A program made the position numbers and the translations under genes. Of a DNA stretch of 64,000 bases, positions 1-8,879 are shown in pieces. This stretch comes from Limisphaerales bacterium (GTDB lineage: Bacteria > Verrucomicrobiota > Verrucomicrobiia > Limisphaerales > Palsa-1400): contig JBKQWF010000307.1 of assembly GCA_052139695.1 (NCBI GenBank), positions 72,297-136,296 of the forward strand, given 5' to 3'. The notes under the pieces are model-generated. The model was not told where the DNA came from. It ran no database searches and worked only from the letters and a program-made list of their open reading frames with translations. The stretch's first letter is position 1. Each line of letters begins with the position of its first letter.

Positions 1-41
1 TCATCCTCAGGGCGCATCAACGTGTTCTGGTAATTGCAAAT

Positions 42-452
42 ATGAACGCGGCCGACACTTTTCTGGATTTTGTCAACGCCATCAACGCGCACGACGTTGT
101 TCGTCTATGCGATCTCATGGACACGGACCATGTATTTGTCGATTCTTTGGGGCAGGAGCATCGCGGGCGCGCCGTTATGAGCGAGGGATGGACAGCTTAC
201 TTTGCGATGATTCCTGATTACAAGATATCCGTTGCCCAATTTCTGGTGGACTCAAGCACGATCCTCGCCGTGGGTGAGGCCTGCGGAACATATGCCCGCG
301 ACGGTCAGTTGTCCCCGGAAGACCGCTGGCGCGTTCCCGCAGCCTGGCGGGCGGTGGTCAAGGGCCGGCATGTCGGACGCTGGCAGGTTTATGCCGACAA
401 TGAGCCTATTCGCGCGCTCATGCGCAAAGCCAATCAACCGAAATCGACTTGA
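42..452 (+). CDS. SnoaL-like / NTF2-fold small protein
   Basis: 136-aa ORF. The N-terminal FLDFVNAINAHDVVRLCDLMDxDHVFVD pattern is typical of SnoaL_2/NTF2-like fold proteins. No signal peptide. Confidence 0.55.
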   Translation: MNAADTFLDFVNAINAHDVVRLCDLMDTDHVFVDSLGQEHRGRAVMSEGWTAYFAMIPDYKISVAQFLVDSSTILAVGEACGTYARDGQLSPEDRWRVPAAWRAVVKGRHVGRWQVYADNEPIRALMRKANQPKST

Positions 453-536
453 ATCGGCCATGGCCCGCGCTGAACACCTGGCGCGCATCGCCTCATGATT
501 GTAGGAACAGACAAAGAATATGCGATTATGTGGGAC

Positions 537-643
537 TGACCCCGTCGTCGTGACCCCGTCGTCGTGATTTGGCTAACCGATTGCAGCTTAAACGCAAAGG
601 CGCAATGGCGCAATGGCCCAAAGACGCAAAGAAACGCAAAGAA
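537..643. repeat. Cluster of micro-tandem duplications in an intergenic region
   Basis: Read directly: TGACCCCGTCGTCG x2 plus a partial copy (537-567), CGCAATGG x2 (601-616), ACGCAAAGAA x2 (624-643). Confidence 0.9.
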
Positions 644-745
644 TCCGATTTCTATTTCCAATCTGGGAATTAGATGCGTTTGCCCCGATATCCATATCCG
701 GCCCGTTTCTTTGGGCGTCTGCCTAGCCAACCTCCGCTCTGGCTC

Positions 746-2260
746 TCAGTTCGTTTTTTGCAGGGGGCCGACGCCGTTGGTCATCAGCGCGTTGTCGGCG
801 CGCCAGCCGCCGCCCAGCGCTTTGATCAAGACGACCGTGGTGACGATGCGCTGCCCGTTCAATTCGTAGGCCAGGATTTGGTTTTCCAAGGCAGTTCGGT
901 CCGCCACCACGACTTCCAGGTAGCTCGCCAAACCCTCTTTATAGCGCATGCGGGAAAGCTCGGCCACCTTGTTGGCCGCCGCCACCGCGCTCATTTGGCG
1001 GTCGAATTGCTCTCGCAGCAGGCGCAAGCCAACGAGACTGTCCTCCACTTCGCGAAAAGCGACCAAGACCTGCGCGCGATATTGGGCCACCGCCTCATCA
1101 TAGGAGGCCCGGGCGCGCTGGACATCGGCGTGAATGCGCCCGCCGGCGAAAATGGGCAGGCTGATATCGGGGCCAATGCTCCAGGCCCGATTCTCCCAGT
1201 TGAAAATGCTCTTGAGATCGATGCTGGCCGTGCCGGCCGATCCTGTCAACTGAATCGCTGGAAAATACGCCGCCTTGGCAATGCCGATGCCTTCGCTGGA
1301 AGCCGCCATCAACCGTTCCGCTTCCGCCACGTCCGGCCGACGTTCCAACAAGTCCGCGGGCAGCCCGACCGGAACGTCCGGCGGCTGGTAGATGCGATCC
1401 GTTTCCGCCAGCGCGAAGCTGGAGGCCGATTGTCCGCACAGGACCGCGAGGGCGTTTTCCAATTGCGCGCGCTGCAATTGCAGTCCCACCAGGTCCGCTT
1501 CCGCCGAGGACAGTTCCGTTTGCGCTTGGGCTACATCTACTTGACTGTCAGCGCCGCCCAGATGGAGCGACTCCACCAGGGAGAGGTTCTTCTTGCGCAA
1601 TTCCACCGTGGCCGCCACGACATGGTGGTCCAGGTCAATCGAGCGAATGGAAAAATAGGTCTGGGCGACATCCGCCTGCAGCGAGAGCAACGCCGTTTGA
1701 TAAGCGGCGGCGCTGGCTTGCGCCTGCTCCCGCGCGGCGCGGAAGGAGCGCCGCACGCGGCCCCAAAGGTCAACCTCGTAGCTGACATCCATCGGAACAA
1801 AATACCCGTTGCCGGTATAGGGCAAAACAGAGGAGTTCGGTTGGACGGTGCGGCTGGCGGAGTAATGGGTGCGGTTTCCGTTCGGGTCAAAACTGACGTA
1901 GGGCAAGAGGTCCGCCCGAGTGATCCGCGCGACGGCGCGGGACTGTTCCACCCGTTCAAACGCGGCCCGCAAGGTTGGACTGTTCGTGGTCGCTTGCTCT
2001 TCCAGTCCGGTCAGGACTGGGTCGTGAAAGAGTTCCCAGAATTTCTGCCGAATTTCGGCGTCCCGCGGCTGGCCTTCTTTCCAGGGGACCCCCGCTTTCC
2101 AAGCCACGGGCGTGGGACCGGGAGAGGGCCGATGGTAATCCGGCCCCACCGAGCATCCCGCGAAAGCCAGGACGCAAAGCAAGACAGCCTTGACGCCCAA
2201 GCCGCAACGATGGAGGGGAGAGCTGGAGTTTGGACATTTTTTGGCCAATTCAAAAGCCAT
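746..2260 (-). CDS. RND efflux outer-membrane factor lipoprotein (NodT/TolC-like)
   Basis: I place the start at the internal ATG at 2260 (MAFELAKK...). This gives a signal peptide plus lipobox LAFAGC followed by SVGPDYxRP, the hallmark of NodT-family OMF lipoproteins. Two TolC-like repeats follow. The upstream 150 codons of the tracked ORF run through a repeat element. Confidence 0.9.
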   Translation of the reverse strand: MAFELAKKCPNSSSPLHRCGLGVKAVLLCVLAFAGCSVGPDYHRPSPGPTPVAWKAGVPWKEGQPRDAEIRQKFWELFHDPVLTGLEEQATTNSPTLRAAFERVEQSRAVARITRADLLPYVSFDPNGNRTHYSASRTVQPNSSVLPYTGNGYFVPMDVSYEVDLWGRVRRSFRAAREQAQASAAAYQTALLSLQADVAQTYFSIRSIDLDHHVVAATVELRKKNLSLVESLHLGGADSQVDVAQAQTELSSAEADLVGLQLQRAQLENALAVLCGQSASSFALAETDRIYQPPDVPVGLPADLLERRPDVAEAERLMAASSEGIGIAKAAYFPAIQLTGSAGTASIDLKSIFNWENRAWSIGPDISLPIFAGGRIHADVQRARASYDEAVAQYRAQVLVAFREVEDSLVGLRLLREQFDRQMSAVAAANKVAELSRMRYKEGLASYLEVVVADRTALENQILAYELNGQRIVTTVVLIKALGGGWRADNALMTNGVGPLQKTN

Positions 2261-2468
2261 TCCCGAAGGGAATGTATCATTCAGCCCACGGGTTGCGAGG
2301 AACGAGCTACCCTGGGGGAGATAACCCAAATTATTGATCAACCCTGCAAGGGTTGTATCAATCCCGCGATTCAACTCTTTCAGAGTTGATGCTACAACTG
2401 AGGCCATGCCCCAAGGTAGCTCGTTCCTCGCAACCTTGGGCTGAGTGATGACAATCCCTTCAGGATTG
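2261..2468. repeat. Palindromic REP/MITE-like element between the MFP and OMF genes
   Basis: The left arm (2261-2317) is the imperfect reverse complement of the right arm (2409-2468). The arms are about 56 bp with roughly 8 mismatches and share the core GTTGCGAGGAACGAGCTACC. The centre holds two more hairpins (CAACCCT-GCA-AGGGTTG and TCAACTCT-TTC-AGAGTTGA). Confidence 0.85.
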
Positions 2469-2558
2469 TCTCCGCACATCGCATGCGCTCCGCAATCCAC
2501 CCGCATGGTAGGGGCACAAGGACGATGACCCTCGTGGCCTTGTCTTTGGCCTGGAGCC

Positions 2559-3809
2559 TCATTCATGGGCTGGGCGGGCGGTATTATTGGTCTCGGCTTT
2601 GGCAATTCGCACGGGCATGCCCGCTTCCAGCGAATCGGACGGGTTGATGATGACGTTGTCGGTTTCAGAGAGGCCGTGAATGATTTCAACCGACGTGCCG
2701 TAGTCGCGGCCAATCGTGACGTCGGCCAGACGGACGGTGTTGTTGGAGCCCACGACGCCCACTTGCACTCCCTGGTCGTTGCGGAAGAGCAAGGTATTGA
2801 CCGGCACCACCACGGGATCAGCGCCGGTATTCAGGTTCAAGCGCACCATGACGTGGGCGCCGGGAAAGAGCTTTCCGTCCCGGTTGGAGACCAGGACCTC
2901 CGTCAGCAGCGTGCGGGAGAGCGGATCAATCGCGCCGGCTGTCCGGTCCACCTTTCCGGTAAAAGTCTGCCCCGGCATTTCGGAGAAGGTTAAAATTGCC
3001 TGATCGTTCGTCTTGACCATCTGGCTGTTGGCTTGCGGCAAGCTGAGATAGACGCGCAGCGGGTCGATGCGGGCCAGGCGAAAAATCTCCCGCGACGACC
3101 CGGCGGTAATGAGCGTGCCCGCGTCCATCGTGCGGACCGTGATGATTCCCGGGAAGGGAGCGGTCAGTTTTTTGAAATTGGTCAATTCCATCAAGCGTTT
3201 GACGTTGGCTTTCGCCGCCGCCACATCGGCTTCCCGGGCGTGCCAGGTGGCCACCCTCACGTCGGTGTCCTGCTGCGAGACGGAATCGCTCTTGCGCAAG
3301 TTTTGCCAGCGCTCGGCGGAGATGCGGGCAATTTCCAGGTTGGCGTTGGCCTGGTCGAGGGCGGCGTTGGCCTGGACAAGCTCTTCGTCCAATTCAGGCG
3401 TATCGATTTCCGCCAGCAACTGCCCGGCCGCCACTTGTGTGCCAATGTCCGTGTACCATTGCTTCAAGTAACCGCTGACCCGCGCGTAAATGGGAGATTC
3501 CTCGTAGGCGGTAATGTTGCCCGGAATATCAATGTGGATTTGCGCCGGACCGCGCTTGGGGTGAACGACGCTCACGGTGGGAGCCAGGTTCTCCAGGGTG
3601 TCGCTTTCCAGTTCGGCGCTGGCGCGCGAGCGCGACAAGACGGTCAGGCCCGCCAGAATGGCCAGCGCGCTTCCCAGCACCATCAGTAAATACAGCGGCG
3701 TCCGGCCCGCCGGACCTGGCGGCGCGGTTTGCTCGCCAGGCATTCCTAACTGCGCGCCGTGCGGGGCGGCGTGCGGCTCGGAATGGGGCACTTTTTCTTC
3801 GGCGTTCAT
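2559..3809 (-). CDS. Efflux RND periplasmic adaptor subunit (MFP/HlyD family)
   Basis: 416 aa with an N-terminal TM anchor, a coiled-coil hairpin (EIDTPELDEELVQANAALDQANANLEIA) and beta-barrel regions typical of MFPs. It lies 3 nt downstream of the RND pump gene. Confidence 0.9.
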   Translation of the reverse strand: MNAEEKVPHSEPHAAPHGAQLGMPGEQTAPPGPAGRTPLYLLMVLGSALAILAGLTVLSRSRASAELESDTLENLAPTVSVVHPKRGPAQIHIDIPGNITAYEESPIYARVSGYLKQWYTDIGTQVAAGQLLAEIDTPELDEELVQANAALDQANANLEIARISAERWQNLRKSDSVSQQDTDVRVATWHAREADVAAAKANVKRLMELTNFKKLTAPFPGIITVRTMDAGTLITAGSSREIFRLARIDPLRVYLSLPQANSQMVKTNDQAILTFSEMPGQTFTGKVDRTAGAIDPLSRTLLTEVLVSNRDGKLFPGAHVMVRLNLNTGADPVVVPVNTLLFRNDQGVQVGVVGSNNTVRLADVTIGRDYGTSVEIIHGLSETDNVIINPSDSLEAGMPVRIAKAETNNTARPAHE

Positions 3810-3812
3810 AGT

Positions 3813-6800
3813 CTAATTCGCGGGGGATAATTGCTGGCCCTGGCCAGGGCTTGCTTCGCGGTCGCTTCCGGTTCGGATCAAGCAGAAGATCACGGGCACA
3901 AAAAAGAGCGTGGCGACGGTGGCGAAGAGCAGCCCGCCGATGACCGCGCGGCCCAGGGGCGCATTCTGTTCGCCGCCTTCGCCCAAGCCCAGCGCCATCG
4001 GCACCATGCCGATGATCATGGCCAGCGCCGTCATGACCACCGGGCGCAGCCGGATGTAGCCGGCGTCCAGTGCCGCGCTGAAAGCGTTGCCCGTTTCCAC
4101 CAGGCGCTCCTTGGCAAAAGTGACCACCAAAATGCTGTTGGAAGTGGCCACGCCAATGCTCATGACCGCGCCCATGAGCGACGGCACGTTCAGAGTTGTG
4201 CGAGTCAAGAAGAGCATCCAGACAATGCCGCACAACGCCCCGGGCAGCGCGGTGATGATGATGAATGGATCGCTCCAGGACTGAAAATTGATCACGATGA
4301 GCAAATACACCAGGACGATGGCAAAGAGCAACCCCAGCCCCAGGCCAACGAAGGAGGACTTCATCGTCTCCACCTGGCCGCGCACGATGATGGTGCTTCC
4401 GCGCGGCAGCTTCTTTTCCGCCGCGCGCACGATCTTTTGAAAGTCTTTGGCAACGCCGCCAAGGTCGCGTCCCTGCACGTCTCCATAGACGTCGATCACC
4501 GGCTGAATATTGTAATGGCTGACGACGCCTTGCTCCGTGCCGCGGGTGATGGTTGCCAGATTGCCCAGCAACTGCCGGGCGGCCCCGCTGGGCCCGGTCA
4601 CCGGCATGGCGGCCAGGCTCTGCAAAGAATCGAGCTGGTATTGGGGCGTTTGCGCCGCCACTTGATAACTCACGCCATTGGCCGGGTTCAGATAAAAGGA
4701 CGGCGCGGTTTGAAAGCTGCCGCTCAAGGCCACGAGCAAGCTCGCGGCCACGTCCCGTTCCGTGTATCCGACCTCTTGCAGCTTGGTGCGATCGGCCTGC
4801 AATTTCAGGCTGGGGAGATCGAACATCTGCTGCACATGCACATCCACCGCGCCGGGGACGGCGCGCAATTGCGAGGCGATGCTTTGGGCGATTTGGTAAT
4901 TCTTGGCCTGGTCGTGGCCCATGATTTGAATGTCAATCGGCGAGGGCAAGCCGAAGTTTAGCACCTGGCTGACAATATCCGCCGGTTGAAAAAAGAAGGA
5001 CACGCCTGGGAACTCCCGACTTAAATCATGGCGAAGCCTTCGTATATAACCGGCGGTGGGATGGTGCTTTTCCCGATTGAGCGAAATGAGGACTTCCGCG
5101 TCAAACGGTCCGACGGTGCCGCCGTTGTTATAAGAGTTGTTTATGCCGCTGGTGGCCAGGCCGATGTTATCGACAATACTTTCCAATTCCTTTGGCGGGA
5201 CGACGCGCCGAATGACTTCTTCCACGTGGTCGCACAAGAGGGCGGTTTGCTCCACGCGCGTCCCGGTTTTAGCTCGCACATGCAACCGCATTTGCCCGGC
5301 GTCCACTTTTGGAAAGAAATCTTCGCCGAGAAAAGGCGTTATAAAGCACGAACCGGCGCAAAAGGCCAGAAAACAAGCGGCGAAAACGCCCCGGTGGTGC
5401 AGGCAGGCGTTGAGCCAGTTTCGATACCCGCCGCGCAGCCGTTCAAATCCTTTTTCAAAGCCGGCATGGAACCGGCCAAACCAGCCCCTCGCTTCCGTGC
5501 CGGTCTCATGCACGTGCTTGCGCAGAAAGTACATGACCAGCGTTGGCACTACGGTGCGCGAAAGAAAGTAAGAGGCCAGCATGGCGAAAACCACCGCTTC
5601 CGCCAGCGGCACAAAGAGGTAGCGCGCCGTTCCGGTAAGAAAGAACATCGGCACGAAGACGATGCAGATGCAGAGCGTCGAGACAAACGCCGGCACGGCG
5701 ATTTGCGCGGCGCCATCGAGGATGGCGGTGCGCAGTTCCTTTCCCTGCCGCAGGTTGCGTTCGATATTCTCAATCTCCACCGTGGCGTCGTCCACCAGGA
5801 TGCCCACCGCCAGCGCCAAGCCGCCCAAGGTCATGATGTTCATCGTCTCCCCCAGCGCGCTAAGCGTGATAATGGAGCAGAGAATCGCCAGCGGAATGGA
5901 AATGACGATGACGAAGGTCGTGCGCCAATTGCCCAAAAAGATCAGGATCATGATGGCCGTCAAACAGGCGGCGATGACCGCTTCCTTGATGACCGATTGC
6001 ACCGCCGCGCGCACAAATAGAGATTGGTCCAGCAAAGTGCGGATCTCCAAACCGGTGGGCAGCGTTTTCGCCACTTGTGGCACGGCTTTCTTGATCCGCG
6101 CCACAATATCCAGGGTGGAAGCCTTGCCGGATTTAATGATGGTCAACAACGAAGCACGGATGCCGTCACTCCGCACAATGTTCTGCTGCACCGCGAACCC
6201 ATCCCGGATGTGGGCCACGTCGTGGATGTAGATCATGTGGCCGTTGATCTGCTTCAGCGGCAGGTCATTCAATTCCTCCACGGAAAGCGGACTGCCGTTT
6301 AATTCCACCGCGTACTCGGTATTGCCGATTTTCTCCGTGCCGGCAGGCAGGATCAAGTTTTGGGCGCTGATGGCATTGACGACGTCGGCGGGCGAAAGCC
6401 CTTTTCCGTTCAATGCGGAAAGGTCCACATCGACCATGATTTGGCGGGTTTTTCCACCGTACGGATTGGGCATGGAGGCCCCTTGCACCGTGGCCAGGCC
6501 GATGCGTAGAAAGTTCAACCCCAGGTCATTGACCTGCGATTCCGAGAGGGTCTTGCTGCTCAAGCTCAATTGCAAAATCGGAACACTGGAGGCGTTGTAG
6601 GTGATAATGAGCGGAGGCGTAATGCCCGGCGGCAAACTGCGGACCGCCGCCTGGCAAATGGCCGTGATCTGGGCGACGGCCATGTCAATTTTCACATTGG
6701 GATGAAAGAAAACCTTGATCACTCCCATCCCGTTGAGCGATTGCGACTCGATGTGCTCGATGTCATCGACGGTCGTGGTCATGCCGCGCTCACTCACCGT

Positions 6801-6992
6801 CACAATACGCAATGCCATTTCCTGGGCCGACATTCCGGCGTAGCCCCAAACCACGCTGACCACCGGGATGCTAATGTCGGGGAAGATGTCCGTCGGGGTG
6901 CGCAAAATGACCACCGGGCTGATTAATAAAATCATCAGCGCCACAACCACGAAGGTATAAGGCCGGTTCAGGGCCAGTCGGACAATCCACAT
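3813..6992 (-). CDS. RND efflux permease (AcrB/AcrD/AcrF, HAE1-like)
   Basis: 1059 aa. N-terminus is MWIVRLALNRPYTFVVVALMILL. Two large periplasmic loops and a 12-TM layout. The operon also carries MFP and OMF genes. Confidence 0.95.
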   Translation of the reverse strand: MWIVRLALNRPYTFVVVALMILLISPVVILRTPTDIFPDISIPVVSVVWGYAGMSAQEMALRIVTVSERGMTTTVDDIEHIESQSLNGMGVIKVFFHPNVKIDMAVAQITAICQAAVRSLPPGITPPLIITYNASSVPILQLSLSSKTLSESQVNDLGLNFLRIGLATVQGASMPNPYGGKTRQIMVDVDLSALNGKGLSPADVVNAISAQNLILPAGTEKIGNTEYAVELNGSPLSVEELNDLPLKQINGHMIYIHDVAHIRDGFAVQQNIVRSDGIRASLLTIIKSGKASTLDIVARIKKAVPQVAKTLPTGLEIRTLLDQSLFVRAAVQSVIKEAVIAACLTAIMILIFLGNWRTTFVIVISIPLAILCSIITLSALGETMNIMTLGGLALAVGILVDDATVEIENIERNLRQGKELRTAILDGAAQIAVPAFVSTLCICIVFVPMFFLTGTARYLFVPLAEAVVFAMLASYFLSRTVVPTLVMYFLRKHVHETGTEARGWFGRFHAGFEKGFERLRGGYRNWLNACLHHRGVFAACFLAFCAGSCFITPFLGEDFFPKVDAGQMRLHVRAKTGTRVEQTALLCDHVEEVIRRVVPPKELESIVDNIGLATSGINNSYNNGGTVGPFDAEVLISLNREKHHPTAGYIRRLRHDLSREFPGVSFFFQPADIVSQVLNFGLPSPIDIQIMGHDQAKNYQIAQSIASQLRAVPGAVDVHVQQMFDLPSLKLQADRTKLQEVGYTERDVAASLLVALSGSFQTAPSFYLNPANGVSYQVAAQTPQYQLDSLQSLAAMPVTGPSGAARQLLGNLATITRGTEQGVVSHYNIQPVIDVYGDVQGRDLGGVAKDFQKIVRAAEKKLPRGSTIIVRGQVETMKSSFVGLGLGLLFAIVLVYLLIVINFQSWSDPFIIITALPGALCGIVWMLFLTRTTLNVPSLMGAVMSIGVATSNSILVVTFAKERLVETGNAFSAALDAGYIRLRPVVMTALAMIIGMVPMALGLGEGGEQNAPLGRAVIGGLLFATVATLFFVPVIFCLIRTGSDREASPGQGQQLSPAN

Positions 6993-7044
6993 AAACGTCT
7001 CAGGCGGCCAGCCAGGATGGGATCAGGATTCTAGGCACGATGCG

Positions 7045-7500
7045 TTACTTCTCGCGGACTCCATTGGCGCAATCATCCGCCGAGTCCTTCAAGTACTGGG
7101 TTTTGAAGGCGGGGCTGGAAAGGCGGTCCACCCGCTCGGTCTCGGATTCGGCCACCAGTTTTGCGATGGCCTGCAGGAGCAGCGGCAGGTTCAACGGCTT
7201 CTCCATCAGGGCATCCACGGCCATGTCCGCAGCCTGCTCATATTGTTTTGGCCGGGCAGTAATGACAATGACCGAAACGAATGGATGGGTGGTGGTTATC
7301 AAGTCAATGGCTTCCCATCCATCCAAGTCTGGCATGTTCAAATCCAGCAAGACCAAATCCGGCGCTTTGGCCGCGAACTGGGCCACAGCTTCACGTCCCG
7401 TCCCGGCAAGCACCACGTCATAGTGCTCTGATTCCAGAACCCGTCCCAACATCTCGCGGATGCCGGGGTCATCGTCAGCCAGTAAAATTCTCTTTTTCAT
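7045..7500 (-). CDS. Receiver-only (CheY-like) response regulator
   Basis: I place the start at the internal ATG at 7500 (MKKRILLADDDPGIREML). The phospho-acceptor context is DLVLLDLNMPDLDG. There is no output domain. It lies directly upstream of the RND pump on the same strand. Confidence 0.85.
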   Translation of the reverse strand: MKKRILLADDDPGIREMLGRVLESEHYDVVLAGTGREAVAQFAAKAPDLVLLDLNMPDLDGWEAIDLITTTHPFVSVIVITARPKQYEQAADMAVDALMEKPLNLPLLLQAIAKLVAESETERVDRLSSPAFKTQYLKDSADDCANGVREK

Positions 7501-7820
7501 CGCCGGAACTTGCCGGAAGATCAGTCTATTCAGCACAGCCCGTGCCAATGCGGATGCGTGCATCGAGCAATTCTGCTGGGGCGGAGCTGCTGCTCCGTAA
7601 GGTCAGGCAGCAGCACGCACCCTAGCGATTCGCGCCCTGCCGCGCGCCCATCATCCACAGTGGCTAAGGAAGTATGCAGAACGGCAAAGTTACTTCGCAG
7701 CCAAGGCACGCAATGGTGGATGCCGGTGGATTGGAGGACTGCGGGGACTGCGGACGTTGACCACGGCGGGAGTTGCGCTACCTTAGACTTCGTCCCTGTT
7801 CCCAGGGATAGCCACCTGAT

Positions 7821-8357
7821 ATGCGCATAGAGTCTGAAACCGAGACGATTGCCGGCGTTTTGCCGGGAAGCAAGGAACGGCGAAAATACTGGATGGCCGC
7901 CGGCATTACGGGCGCGGTTTTCGCGCTGGCGCTGGCCGGGGGAAAGAATTGGTGGAAGGCGCAGGAAACTGATTTTCGCACGCGCCTGCGCGAGGGGGGA
8001 TGGCCTGATCTTGCGGCCACGGCGCGGGTGGAAGGCGGGCAGCGCATTCTTAGTTTGACATTGGGCAATAGCGCGCAACCAGAACTCGACCTCGCGCCCG
8101 ACCACGGCAAGCTCCTGCACTTGTTTTTGGCAGGGCAGCCTGACCACAGAGCTTTTGGTCATGTGCATCCAGTGCGGCGCGGTGATCGGAACTTTGAAGT
8201 GGCTCTGCCGCCGCTCCCGGAAGGGGATTATGAATTGTTCTGCGATTTAACGTTTGCTTCCGGCTTCAGCTCCACCGCGACCAACTTCGTCCATTTGCCC
8301 CCTCTGCCGAAGCTCGCGGCTCCCATTTCCCTGGCCCCGGACGCCGACGATTCCTAG
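7821..8357 (+). CDS. Membrane-anchored Ig-like domain protein with H-x-H-P motif (first half of a split gene?)
   Basis: N-terminal TM segment (AAGITGAVFALALAG). The domain carries DHGKLLHLFL...FGHVHP. It ends at a TAG (8355-8357) that is in frame with the next ORF. Confidence 0.6.
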   Translation: MRIESETETIAGVLPGSKERRKYWMAAGITGAVFALALAGGKNWWKAQETDFRTRLREGGWPDLAATARVEGGQRILSLTLGNSAQPELDLAPDHGKLLHLFLAGQPDHRAFGHVHPVRRGDRNFEVALPPLPEGDYELFCDLTFASGFSSTATNFVHLPPLPKLAAPISLAPDADDS

Positions 8358-8378
8358 ACCATCGATTCCGCCGCGGTC

Positions 8379-8879
8379 GTGGAGGAGAATCCCGGCGCGG
8401 ACACGATTTGCCATTTGCCTGGAGGCAGCCGGATCATCTGGAAGGCCCACCCGCCGGCGCGCTGCAAAGAGGATGCGGCGCTGCGATTTGAAGTGCTTGA
8501 CGCGGGCGGCAAACCGGCCAACCTTCAGCCGTACATGGGCATGATGAGCCATGCCGAAGTGTTGCGGGCGGATGGATTGGTTTTTGAACACCTTCATCCG
8601 TCGGGAAATTATTCAATGGCCGCGCAAATATTATTTGACAAAAAAATAGCCGGCGAAACCCACGATGCCGGGATCCGCCTTTCCGACCTCGACCTGGGAA
8701 AGGCCGATCAATGGTGCGGACGGGGGGGCGGCCATAGCGAAGACGGCTCTTTTATTTCATTTCCTTACGCGTTTCCAGCTCCCGGAAAATACCGGCTATG
8801 GGTGCAGGTCAAGACCGATGGCCAGGTTCGGACGGCGATTTTCGACACGATTGTCCAACAGGAGGCGGAAGCGCTTTGA
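8379..8879 (+). CDS. Ig-like domain protein with H-x-H-P motif (second half of a split gene?)
   Basis: Same reading frame as 7821-8357. It carries the paralogous motif PYMGMMSHAEVLRADGLVFEHLHPSG. The tracked start is a GTG. Confidence 0.55.
   Translation: MEENPGADTICHLPGGSRIIWKAHPPARCKEDAALRFEVLDAGGKPANLQPYMGMMSHAEVLRADGLVFEHLHPSGNYSMAAQILFDKKIAGETHDAGIRLSDLDLGKADQWCGRGGGHSEDGSFISFPYAFPAPGKYRLWVQVKTDGQVRTAIFDTIVQQEAEAL

Noticed and set aside
674-2389. 571-aa plus-strand ORF covering the OMF gene region.
   Set aside because: It is antisense to a well-supported NodT-type lipoprotein gene. It has Arg/Gly/Ala-rich composition typical of wrong-frame ORFs in high-GC DNA and no recognisable motif.
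7564-7820. Divergent intergenic region with a GGACTGCGG-GGACTGCGG direct repeat, considered as a regulator binding site.
   Set aside because: It is a single short 9-bp duplication with no palindromic partner and no regulator with a DNA-binding domain encoded adjacent. The evidence is insufficient.
8355-8357. The in-frame TAG as a pyrrolysine or other recoded codon.
   Set aside because: No pyl genes or PYLIS-like context are visible in the window, and the lineage is not known for Pyl use. A nonsense mutation or a true two-gene split is more parsimonious.
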